Below are positions 13,001 to 25,000 of a DNA stretch of 64,000 nt, piece by piece. Made by a program: the position numbers and the translations under genes. The notes beneath the pieces were generated by a model, which saw only the letters and a list, made by a program, of their open reading frames with translations, did no database searches and was not told the DNA's origin. The stretch comes from Callorhinchus milii (Eukaryota). The first letter of the stretch is position 1. The number at the start of each line of letters is the position of its first letter. The DNA is taken from NCBI RefSeq assembly GCF_018977255.1, contig NW_024705185.1:1-64000 (forward strand). The letters run 5' to 3'.

Positions 13001-16000
13001 TTCTAAAGCAACTCGCATCTTGACTTTGTTTCGCTCGCCAAACGTAATTCTACCACCGCAAAGTCACGTAGAAGGGAAATCATAAAATAATAAAAACAAA
13101 AACATAATGAAATACAATTCTCACGACGTTTCGGCCACAACGCAAGCAGCCGTCCTCGCTGTCTTTCCGACAGACCTGTTCTTCACCTGAGGACGGCTGC
13201 TTGCGTTGTGGCCGAAACGTCGTGAGAATTGTATTTTATTATGTTTAATTTTTATTATTTTATTATTTCCCTTCTACGTGACTTTACCGAAAGAACCAAG
13301 AAGATGAATCCCTGCAGTCACGAAAGCTTTAAATTAAAATTTCTACCACCGTACTCACTGAGGTAGCAGGCCAGAGTGGCAACCGCCAGCAGCAGCATCA
13401 GGGCAATGACGGGCGCCCGCTTTCCCAGGCGGTCGGATATCAACCCAGCCATGGCGCCACCTGGAACATAATAATCTGCTATTTAGAGATGTATGTATGT
13501 CTGTGCATTGAACTTCTTTCGCACCGTACGTAGCCAGCCGTGCTAATCGGAGGTGGGGGGAAGGAGTGAATGCGCTCGATACATATACATTTTCAATGAG
13601 AGTGGAAGCTGAGTCTGAAGCGCAGTTCAACAGCAAACAACTGAAGCCAGGAGGATGCCGTGACCTCGAGAATAAGAATCACAGATGTCCAGAGAGAAAC
13701 AAACTTGAATTTCGAGCAGGTGCCAAATTCTTCACACCGGACCCTTTTGTTATCATTGAAAAGGCTTCAAACTCAAGTTGTGCAGCCCAAAATACACAGC
13801 CCAGGTATCTGCTTTTTAAAATTCAAAATTGCATCTTCCTGTAAATGACCTTTATGTATGTACGTCGAACTTCTTTCGCACCATACGTAGCCAACCGTGA
13901 TAATTGGAGGTGTGAGAGAAGGCAACCAACTAAATACAAAAATCAGTTCTAAGAAAGTTGTTCACATTGAAATTCAAAAGCGCATAGCTCAAGTGGCTTC
14001 CTAATATCGGAAGGAAGAGTGGTCCTGACGGTTGTAAAATTCGCGGTCTTCCACCACATGGCAGAAGGGGCTCTTAGGGTATATGGCCTACTCTTCCACG
14101 TTGGCCTGACATCTTGGTAGGGGTGGGAGTGCCCACAATTTAGCCCACCACACCGCGACCTGCTGATCGACTAACCATGGTGAACACATTTAAATTGTTG
14201 GGTGTGCAGAGGTGGGGGTTTGGACGCGTGAAAATAAATTAACTGATGGGATGAGAGGTGCCATGAAAGGAGTCCATGAATTCGCCCTCCAACTGTTGTG
14301 GAACGGCCATGGTTTACAGTAGGCCCTCAGTAAAACTAAGCCCAAGGATAATTAACCGGCGAAATGCTTTAAGCTTGTGACCAAATCACCAGCAATCCAC
14401 CCGATCTTGTTATATCTCGGAAGCTAAGCTGGCTTGAGGCTGGTCAGTGCTTGGATGGGCGACCACCGTGTGTAAAACAGATGCTATAGGCTGCCGGCCG
14501 CGGGTTACGTTGCCGACAGAGGGCAGTGCGGAAAAAATCACCGTTGCATTGCACTATGCTCCAACATTTATGCCGCTCGCCTTCAACCTGCACCGAGCAA
14601 GTCGTGTTGAAGTATGGCCAAATAACCCCCTTGTGGAACGTGGCAAGACTTTCATCCAGCAGTGGTACGGCTATTCTTGTACTATCGTGCAGATGAACTT
14701 CTACTTGTGCGGGTTGACAAAAGACAAAAATGTTGCTGTGACATCATAAAACACGCACAACGATCTAAACCAAGTCCGGACGTGCTTACCAATGATGCCT
14801 CCGAAGTCGTACCATATTGACATGCGGCTTGCGTCCACCTGGTCCAGCTGAACTCGTAGGCCAGGTAGTACGGCAGCCAGAAGAAGAAGGCGTAGTTGAC
14901 CAGCTTGAGGCACGCGTACGCCAAGGCGTACTGCACCCCGCAGAGACAGGGACGGCGATGGTATCATTTACGCAGAGATGCCCACGCAAGGAAAGTCAAT
15001 GCAGGCTATGTTCCCCAATAGCGCCGCTGTTTTTTACGTACGCTAATTAGATATATAACGCGGTGAATGTATTACGGAACACGTTTTTAATAACGCAGAC
15101 GCCAATTGGATGTAACGCGATTGAGTGAACGGAACTACGTCGGGCGAGTAGGAATAAGCGCGTCGTACGGCTGGACTTTTGCAGCTGTTTTAGACTAATT
15201 TCAGGGTGGCTGATTCCAAATCTGATCTCAGATTTGCTTTATCACATCTCATTTTTATGCTATCGGCATACCCCATTTTCATTGATTTTACCCGAAATAA
15301 AACTCTGTCACTTACGATTGCAAGTTGTTGCGAGTCAGTGACTGCTTTAGTGTTAAAATATGGTGCTGTATTTTAGGATAGTGTGTTTATAATATCATTG
15401 TATGTAGATATCCACATTTATTTAATATTTTTCTTCTGTTTTTATTGAAAATGCAATATTTGATATCTCAAAAACCTGATGTGATAGACACAAACTGATG
15501 CCAGATTTGGAATCAGCACCCCAAAATTACCTTAAAACCGTTGGGATACCTTATGCCAGAAAAAGTGTGTTGACCAGTGTTATAGACGCTACCCACGCTC
15601 CTCAGTCTTTGTTCAGCCTGCATTACGCATCTCACGCGTTACCGCGGCCTGTGCTTTACCCCCCCCCCCCATATTAAATATTATTTGTTATATAACACAA
15701 TTACCGTGCTATAGGAGAATACATTGTACAGGTATTTATCAAAACGTGTCTTAAAGCAATGCAATCAGAGCAACTTGACACACAATGTGTACACTAATGT
15801 ACTGCACACAAAAAACAAATACTTTGGTGTCAATTGAGAAGTTGGTGGCTCGGCACAGTCCCGGCACGGTCCCGGCACGGCTCGGTTGCGCGGTGGAAAA
15901 AAAAGTACAAGGGTGGCAAGCGATCTCGGTTTGGCGAGATATCCGACAACCGCTCCTCACCACTGCCACGCCAGGCAAGCAGACGATCTTGAAGAAACCC

Positions 16001-19000
16001 AAAGCAGGTTTTTCCGTGGGTATGGAAGAACCCTCCCTCGGCCCATCGTCCGGAGGGGTTCCGTACGTGCGCTGGTTCGCCATGTCCACCACTGGCAGGC
16101 TTTCCGAAGCTTTGCTCCACGTCACGGACGCCTCCCTGCAACTTCTCTCCTCCTCTTCTATGCTCGCCAATGGCAGGCCTGCAAAAGCAAAGTGGCATTA
16201 GAGTTGTGGTCCGCTCGGTGTAAAATAGTGCGTGATTCGATAAAGATGGATACAGCGATTTACCCCGGTTTACGTCAGGTGGATGCGTTCCCGAAACGTG
16301 CGACGACGAATATCATCTAAACGACATCAACCGAAGCGGTTTACAGGTTAGTAGTCGGTGGTGGTGGTGGAGGCGAAGGTTGAGAAACGACGGATAACGA
16401 GAAAGGACGGACGACGGTGCTGTCAGCGACGTGAGTGTGGGGTTGAGGCGACGTTCATAAAGTGACGACGCATTTGCGAAACGACGTGAAATGGGGAGGC
16501 GTGAATTGCGTTGTTACTGTACAGTTTATAGAAATATTGCATGGCCACTTGGGTAGACGACAGTTGTCTAGTGAAGCCTGACGACTGACATCGATCACCC
16601 AGCCATATCGTCAATAACAAATGATCTCCTTTAGTTTAAGACAGAAGGGGGAAGCGCTGGTACACTGTGTTGAGCTTCCTGCGCTATGAACCCCGCGGTT
16701 GAGCTCCATTCCCGACCGCGGCTAACATCGGTGGCGAGTGATATCTGAACCATTCCTGGGCTCCGTATTCACCAATCCGCGCCGGCAAATCTGGGTTCAT
16801 TCTCGCCCAACAAACCCACATGGCTAACGCGGTGTTGGAGAGGTCCTCAATCAACAGGAAAGGGATACCCATAGGGCAACGTTCTTCATTGCAAGGCCCG
16901 CAGGCCACTAGCGGCTCCTGGTGGCTTTTAGTGCGGCTCCTAACGTGCTGCTCCAGACAGTAGACAAATGTGAAAACACCCCCCACCACCATCGTCATCA
17001 TCATCGTGCTGCTGTCAAACCACCCGATGGTTTCAAATGGTGTGGTGGCCCTCACACTGACGATGTCTTATCGGCGAAAGTGGCCCACCTCTGAAAAAGA
17101 GTGAAGAACACTGCCTTAGGCAATACTAAAAACGACATGTCATAATGTCATCTGCGGTGTAAGATGGCAGGGAGTGCCTCACCAACTTCAGCAGGGGAGA
17201 CGGCCATCCCGAAAAAGACGACGATTCCTCCAGAAAACAGGAGGGACGCCATCACGAGAAACGTGTACTGTTGCGCAATCAGAGACACGCGTATCATCAT
17301 CCGTTAGTTTTAACGGTCACATTTTTACTTTGCGTGCAATCTCTCTCGTAACTGTCCACTTTACAACCTCGATTAAAAGGTATGTTTCTAGCTTACGTGC
17401 GTTCTCTAATCCCCGTGTGTCTCTTTCTCTCTCTCTCTCAGTATAATTTCCAGGCTGCAGGACTGCGTGCTTCTTTGTACACTTTCCATTTGCTATGTTA
17501 ATGTTCACATGTCTGATCCATATGCTATTGGAGGTCGTCTGCATTCATTATATTTTAAAATACTTTTGAACACAAACTCGTGTTGGGAAGCACTACAGAA
17601 ACCATGCATATGCATAATTTGTCTTCCTTGTTTTTATTAAAGTTTCGTACTATCCCATTTACCCTCGCGGCATACATCAGAATAAAGTTCCATTCCGGAT
17701 CTTTTGTAACTGAATATCTACACAGAAAGTAAAATGGCCTAGGATTATTATCACAGGAATTTGCGAAACATCCTCCAAGGGCTTGTATATCTAATACAAT
17801 CTCTAGGCTGTACTCTTACTGGTAGGAACCTCCTGGTTACACCAGCCCACAGGGGATTATTGTGTCCGTCCGTATCGTCGTGCATCCAAAAATGGGAGGG
17901 GTGGGGCTGGGTGGAGAGGGGAGGGTGGGGAAGGCTGGGTGGGGAGGGGAGGGTGGGGAGGGGCTGGGTGGGGAGGGTGGGGCTGGGTGGAGAGGGGCTG
18001 GTCACCCCGTGGTGCCCTTATAAAACTCAACGCTTAACCTACTCACGCCGGCTTGTACCCACCCTCACAGTCGGGCATATTTGCGGAATACACCACGCCA
18101 CCGTTGAACCTTGCCATTGACCGAGCAACCCAACGTTCCTACCAGCTCCCTCCGCAGAAATGTGTTTAAATACGATCAGAGGAGTGACTAGCTATTTCCG
18201 TCTGTGTGTCAGAGCATTTGAATGGCATCAGTGGTATGCAGCATTTGTTAAACAAGCCTGCTTCTGCTGATGAGATCCAGAAATTCAAAACCGGTCCAGT
18301 CTGTTTAGCGCAGGATGACATTGGTCTGGAGAGTCAATAGGCTGACTTACGAAATTTGATTTGTATTTACATGTGCATTGAATGGAGGTTTGCATATATG
18401 TTCTACCCATAACACTCCACAGCATTGCATACTGAGTTCGTATACAAATACTATGCCTGTCAGACTTTTACAATATAGGGGCTTAACTGATTAGATTCGT
18501 GACAGTTCGTGTTACCGACTGCCTGCCAGATGAACCGATTGACAGATAAGTGTACTTTGACTGACATACGGACGTCTGACATAGGCAACCATGGATCATG
18601 TGCCGACTGACATTTAGAAACATGCGTTGAAATTAAGTGAATTCCTGAGTGGGCTATGCCGAGTAGGATGGGAACGGTTTAGTTTTATTTGTACGTGTGT
18701 GGGTGATTTGTTTAACTTTCTTGCACTTTGCATTCCTGTCCTGTTTTTATATTGTTTGTTGTTGTAAGGTTCTGACCCGCCCCTACTGGACATCTGTGAA
18801 AAAGAGCTTTATAGCTCATCGGATTCCTCCTGCAGTATAAATAAACACATTCCTGCGGAGGGAGCTGGTAGGAACGTTGGGTTGCTTGGTCAATGGCCAG
18901 GTTCAACGGCGGCGTGGTGTATTCCGCAAATATGGCCGACTGTGAGGGCGGGCACAAGCCGGCGTGAGTAGGTTAAACGTTGAGTTTTATAAGGGCACCA

Positions 19001-22000
19001 CGGGGTGACCAGCCCCTCCCCACCCAGCCCACCCCTCCCACCCCCCACCCAGCCCCTCCCCACCCAGTCCCTTCCCACCCTCCCCACCCAGCCCCTCCCC
19101 ATCCTCCCCTCTCCACCCAGCCCCACTCCTCCCATTTTGGATACACGACGGACGGACGGACACAATAATCCCCTGTGGGCTAGTGGAACCAGGTGGTTCC
19201 TACCAGTATAATTCTGATTCTGAATGGAGGATAGACACAGTGACGCACGAGCCTCACCGTGCAGGTGTGTTCACTGACTCGAGCGTGGCTCGCATACCTC
19301 ATAGCCGTAGCCGATGACCGTGGAGACGAGCAGAGCTCCAGGATGTTTCCAATGCAGCCACAGGAGCTCCACACTCCAAATATGAACCCACGGCTGGCAA
19401 AATAAAATGTCAATGACGTGAGCAAAATGTAGCGGTAGGCGGAATCAATTATTTTGTGACGCTCCTGCTGTATTGGCAGCGGTGCACAAGCACGATAAAC
19501 AACTAAAACAACTCAACACATTTGTCAACAACGCTGCGCTAAAATGGGAAAATAAATAAATAATCGACGACGTTTTTGGGTAATGACCGTTCATCGTAGC
19601 ACATGGACAGAGAGGCCACAGAGGTAATGAATAAAGAGTTCGAGACTGCACTCAGCACCTCCTCGTCTCAGTGATTTCGTAGCAATGACCTTGCGCTAGA
19701 CGTCTCTACCTCTTGTTGCCAAACCAATTGCCCATGATAGCCACAGTGCAGGGCCAGCCAGTGGACTGGACGAATCCGTTGAGAGCCCAGAGGAAAGCGT
19801 AGAAGGGCATGTTGTAGAATCCCAGCCACTCCGTGACGCTCCCGAACACAAATGCCTGCGTGGGACACGAATACCGGTCACTTTACATGTAGAAGACTCG
19901 AAAAAGGTAACGAACGTTTCTTATCCATTTAAAGCTTTCGTGACTGCAGGGATTCATCTTCTTGGTTCTTTTGGTAAAGTCACGAAGAATGGAAATAATA
20001 AAATAATAAAAATAAAACATAATAAAATCATTATCACGACGTTTCGGCCACAACGCAAGTAGCCGTCTTCAGGTGAAGAACAGGTCTGTCGAGACGACAG
20101 AGTCTGAATGACACACCCCAGGCTTGGAACCAAGAAGATGAACGTTTCTTACTTAATTGAGAATCCGGTAGAGATTATCTCCTGTTTATAGCCCTGAGCC
20201 AGTGGTGGAATATTCCAACATTTTTACGGTGATTGTGAGTCTTTCAATTGAACAATAATTATTCATTTCTCATGTAAATATACAATACAGTAGTCATAAT
20301 CTCAACCCGTCAGCTCCGTAGCAAAGGGGATAACAGCCAGGAATTATGCACAGAGATTCAAATACACGTCTCTCGTTGTATGTCCTTCCAACATCGTAGT
20401 GCATTTGTATGAACGTGCAGTCCCCGCACAGCTGCAGATTGGCTTCGGCTCAATCAGATGTTGAGAAGTGTAATCGCGAGAGACGTAGAGCCAGAGGTTT
20501 CTTACCACCAAAGCGGATAACCACATGCCCACGGACAGCACCAATCGCAGGTTAAATCTATCGCTCAGAAATCCGCTGATGTATGATCCCTGAGTGAAAA
20601 ACACCGACACGTACGTAAAAAATACATCCACAATTCTGCTCACCATTGTTATTAATCACGCACACACAGTAAGAAGAGTTAACACTGCTCAGAGTGATCA
20701 CTATTCAAATGCAAAGTCATACTTCCGCAGTGCATCAGGTTGCCACATCTGGGGTAGAAAAAAAAAAACCTGGCCTCGCTAACAACACTTGCCCCAACAG
20801 TTTGTTCAATGCTATAAGGGGGATATTTGCCTTTGTACATATGTATGCATGTTAAACTTATTTCGCATCGTACATAGCCAACCGTGGTAGTCAGAGGTGC
20901 TGGATAAGGACAACAAAATATATACAAAAGTTTCTGAGCAAGTTTGGCCACTCATGGCCAGTATAATTCGGCGTGGTGAAGGTGATGGCAGACCAAAATG
21001 CACGGGAATGGACCCATGAAGTGATGCTGGCTCTGAGCACTGAATGTCGTGAATCAGGGCATATCTCTGCGTCACCTACCAGGGCATATGTGAAGAGGAA
21101 TATGGTGTCAAGGGCACCGAGAAACAGTGACGCCTTTTCTTCATCGGGGAAGAGCGAGTGTGCTGACCAAATCTGCAGAGACCGATAAAGACCGATGCCA
21201 CTTTGTTTCCATGTTCACACACTGGAGGGTTAACGCAATATCATTGTTATATTTACGATATTACTTTGCACAGCATGGCGATTAACGCAACATCTACGTT
21301 CCATAACTTTGTAACTGTTTCATATTTTTAGCAAATATATTTTTGTATTTGCAGCGCAAAGTAAATATTGGCCAAAAGTTCTTCAACTGCAGTTCACTCA
21401 ACATACCCTGCCGAAAGTATAATTATTCGTAAGTCGAGGACTGCCGGTATATATGTAAAGACGACTTCGACGCACTTGTCTTCAGAAGGTTTATTTTATT
21501 AAGGAGACACGTGCTCACACTCCAACAGCGGAGACCCCCACTGCAACAGCTCCGAGTCTCCCGTGCATATCCCCTTATATACGGTCCGAGGCCACGCCCC
21601 CATTCCCGAACCTTCTCGCTGGTTCTAGATGCTCGCTCTACCGGCAGACTCTACCATCCTCTTCCGTCACCTGGCCACGCTCCTATTCTCGATCATTCCC
21701 GTAGCCACCAGTTCATTCATACTGCAGGCTGACTCCCCTGTCATTACCTCCCGTGGCCACTAGTCCATTCGCACTGCAGGCTGACTCCCCTGTCATTACC
21801 TCCCGTGGCCACTAGTCCATTCGCACTGCAGGCTGACTCCCCTGTCATTACCTCCCGTGGCCACCAGTCCACTCACACTGCAGGCTGACTCCCCTGTCAT
21901 TACCTCCCGTGACCACCAGTCCATTCACACTGCAGGCTGACTCCCCTGTCATTACCTCCCGTGGCCACTAGTCCACTCGCACTGCAGGCTGACTCCCCTG

Positions 22001-25000
22001 TCATTACCTCCCGTGGCCACTAGTCCACTCGACTGCAGGCTGACTCCCCTGTCATTACCTCCCGTGGCCACTAGTCCATTCACACTGCAGGCTGACTCCC
22101 CTGTCATTACCTCCCGTGGCCACCAGTCCACTCACACTGCAGGCTGACTCCCCTGTCATTACCTCCCGTGGCCACCAGTCCATTCAACTGCAGGCTGACT
22201 CCCCTGTCATTACCTCCCGTGGCCACTAGTCCATTCGCACTGCAGGCTGACTCCCCTGTCATTACCTCCCGTGGCCACTAGTCCATTCAACTGCAGGCTG
22301 ACTCCCCTGTCATTACCTCCCGTGGCCACCAGTCCATTCACACTGCAGGCTGACTCCCCTGTCATTACCTCCCGTGGCCACTAGTCCATTCAACTGCAGG
22401 CTGACTCCCCTGTCATTACCTCCCGTGGCCACTAGTCCATTCGCACTGCAGGCTGACTCCCCTGTCATTACCTCCCGTGGCCACTAGTCCATTCGCACTG
22501 CAGGCTGACTCCCCTGTCATTACCTCCCGTGGCCACTAGTCCATTCAACTGCAGGCTGACTCCCCTGTCATTACCTCCCGTGGCCACTAGTCCACTCACA
22601 CTGCAGGCTGACTCCCCTGTCATTACCTCCCGTGGCCACTAGTCCACTCAACTGCAGGCTGACTCCCCTGTCATTACCTCCCGTAGCCACTAGTCCATTC
22701 GACTGCAGGCTGACTCCCCTGTCATTACCTCCCGTGGCCACTAGTCCATTCGCACTGCAGGCTGACTCCCCTGTCATTACCTCCCGTGGCCACTAGTCCA
22801 TTCACACTGCAGGCTGACTCCCCTGTCATTACCTCCCGTGGCCACAGTCCACTCACACTGCAGGCTGACTCCCCTGTCATTACCTCCCGTGGCCACTAGT
22901 CCACTCACACTGCAGGCTGACTCCCCTGTCATTACCTCCCGTGGCCACCAGTCCATTCACACTGCAGGCTGACTCCCCTGTCATTACCTCCCGTGGCCAC
23001 TAGTCTACTCACACCGTAGTAGGTTGGCTGTACTGTCATTACACATATATTGTGCCTCTTCTCGTTTCACATCCACTGTCCTCGCATCCCGTTCCACAAC
23101 ATCCTTCCCTCCCACCCTCGGTCTCCCTCTACTCCTTCTGCCCAGAACCGATGGCATCTGCATAGCCCTGCTCATTGCGTCTTTGTGCTTCCTCAACACA
23201 CGTCCAAAACCATATGTTCCACAGATGTCCACTGGACATTGATGAAAAACAGCTTGATGGCTCATTGGAATCCTCCAGTATACATAAATATTCAAGTATA
23301 AATACATATGCCAGTAGAAATACATATTCCGATCTAAGTTCAGCTTCTCGTACCTTCTCGATCGCGCTCGTAACCCCCTACTATGGCTCGAGCTTCGTCA
23401 CACACGGACCTCGCTGAGAATAAAAACATTTGTGCAGGAGGAGAGATCCTGGTGCCTCTCTCACCTCGGGTGGACTGAGTGTTTCCGTCGAGTCGTTGAT
23501 CGGCATTCGCGTCCACTCGCTGAGGAAGCTGACCTTGACGCAGCTCAAAGTTTTCCGCGTTGCGTTGAACAAAGCGTAGCTGTGAAACAGGTCGGCGAGT
23601 GGATCACGCGACCTGTGGACCGCTACTCCTGACGCAATACTCTGGCTCGATCACCTCAATGTAAAATCAGAGTCGTTGCTCTACATCAGCGGTCGGGAAC
23701 CTATGGCTCGCGAGCCATATATGGCTCTTCCGGTGACGGCATATGGCTCCCGGACAATTTTGAGTTGAAAAAAATAAAAAAATAAAATCAGTTTGGAACT
23801 GATTTAAAAATACTTGTGATATTGCTTAATAATACTGTGTCTTTTTAAAGTAAACAGAAATTAGTTTTGAAGATAAATTTCACGGGTCACGGGTCCCGTG
23901 ACCAGAAGTCGCATTAAAAGTAAGACATATTTACTTTATTATACGTTAAAAATACTATATGCCTCTCAATGAAAGATATTTAGAAATATTTGGCTTTTAT
24001 GGCTCTCCCAGTCAAAAAGGTTCCCGACCCTGGTCTACATCCACATGCGCCATACGACGGAGGGTGTTTTTTTAAAAAATCAATTTGAAGCAAGGCTAAT
24101 TATTGTAGCACTTGTAAATACATACAACCCGAGTATTATACCTGGAAAATGTGAGAAGGAAGATGCACAGGTGATGCTGCGTGTATCCATGTCTGGTTAG
24201 AGCAGCATGCATTCTCGACCCACTCCAAGCATCTGCTCTCGAGCAAGGAAACAGAAGCAGCATGACAGATTGTTATTCACAGCACTCTCCGCCACGAAAA
24301 CATTGCCAACACAACTCTGAACCGGGCCCTCTGCAAGCAATGCCTGCGTAACGGGGTTGCCCCTTACACGACAAATTCCTCCGTGTCTTTGTTGGAGTAC
24401 AGTTGTGTTGAATTGACTTTAAAGGATACAGCAGTGCAGAAGGATATTATCTCGACAGGTGTGCGTGTGGGAAGAACGATGGCACAAGACCGTGACACGT
24501 GGAGGCATTGGGTTACCTGATGCGTCAGTGACGCGGGGCAGACTAAGTGCTAAGCACGTTTCCTGTAAAGATGCCCGCGTAACTTAAATGCATGACCTTT
24601 TGTTGTGTATAAAATAGAATAAATACAGTCCATTGTACATGCCGTGCCACTCTCGAACCTCGATTAGCATGGTTGGCTACGTACGGTGTGAAATAAGTTC
24701 AACATACACATCGATGCATTCCATCCAGTAGAATTCCTCACGATACCTCGTGTGTGTGTTTGTAGTTCTATCAAACAGTTCAGACTGCTCTCTATCATTC
24801 ATTATGTAGGATAGAAGACACATGAACAGAGTGCCTGACAGTCCAGCAGTTCAGCGCAGTATTTGGTAGACCCACTGGATTCAGCTGATGAGGCTAAAGC
24901 GGCCCACGATTTGCATGCTTTCAACATGTGTGGATGTTTAACACAAGTCTGGCGGGTGAGCCCAGTAGCTGACTAATTATACTTTATTTTGAGATACAGA

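Noticed and set aside
14373-14492. Functional 5S rRNA gene
   Set aside because: Many substitutions, no oligo-T terminator, and not in an array.
22571-22777. Repetitive peptide ORF in the array
   Set aside because: Unit lengths of 50-52 bp do not preserve frame.
21701-23013. CRISPR-like array
   Set aside because: Units are contiguous with no unique spacers, there are no cas genes, and the context is eukaryotic. It is a minisatellite.
24884-24910. CTGATGAG hammerhead-like starts (also ~1890, ~47628, ~51416)
   Set aside because: No stem II followed by GAAA.
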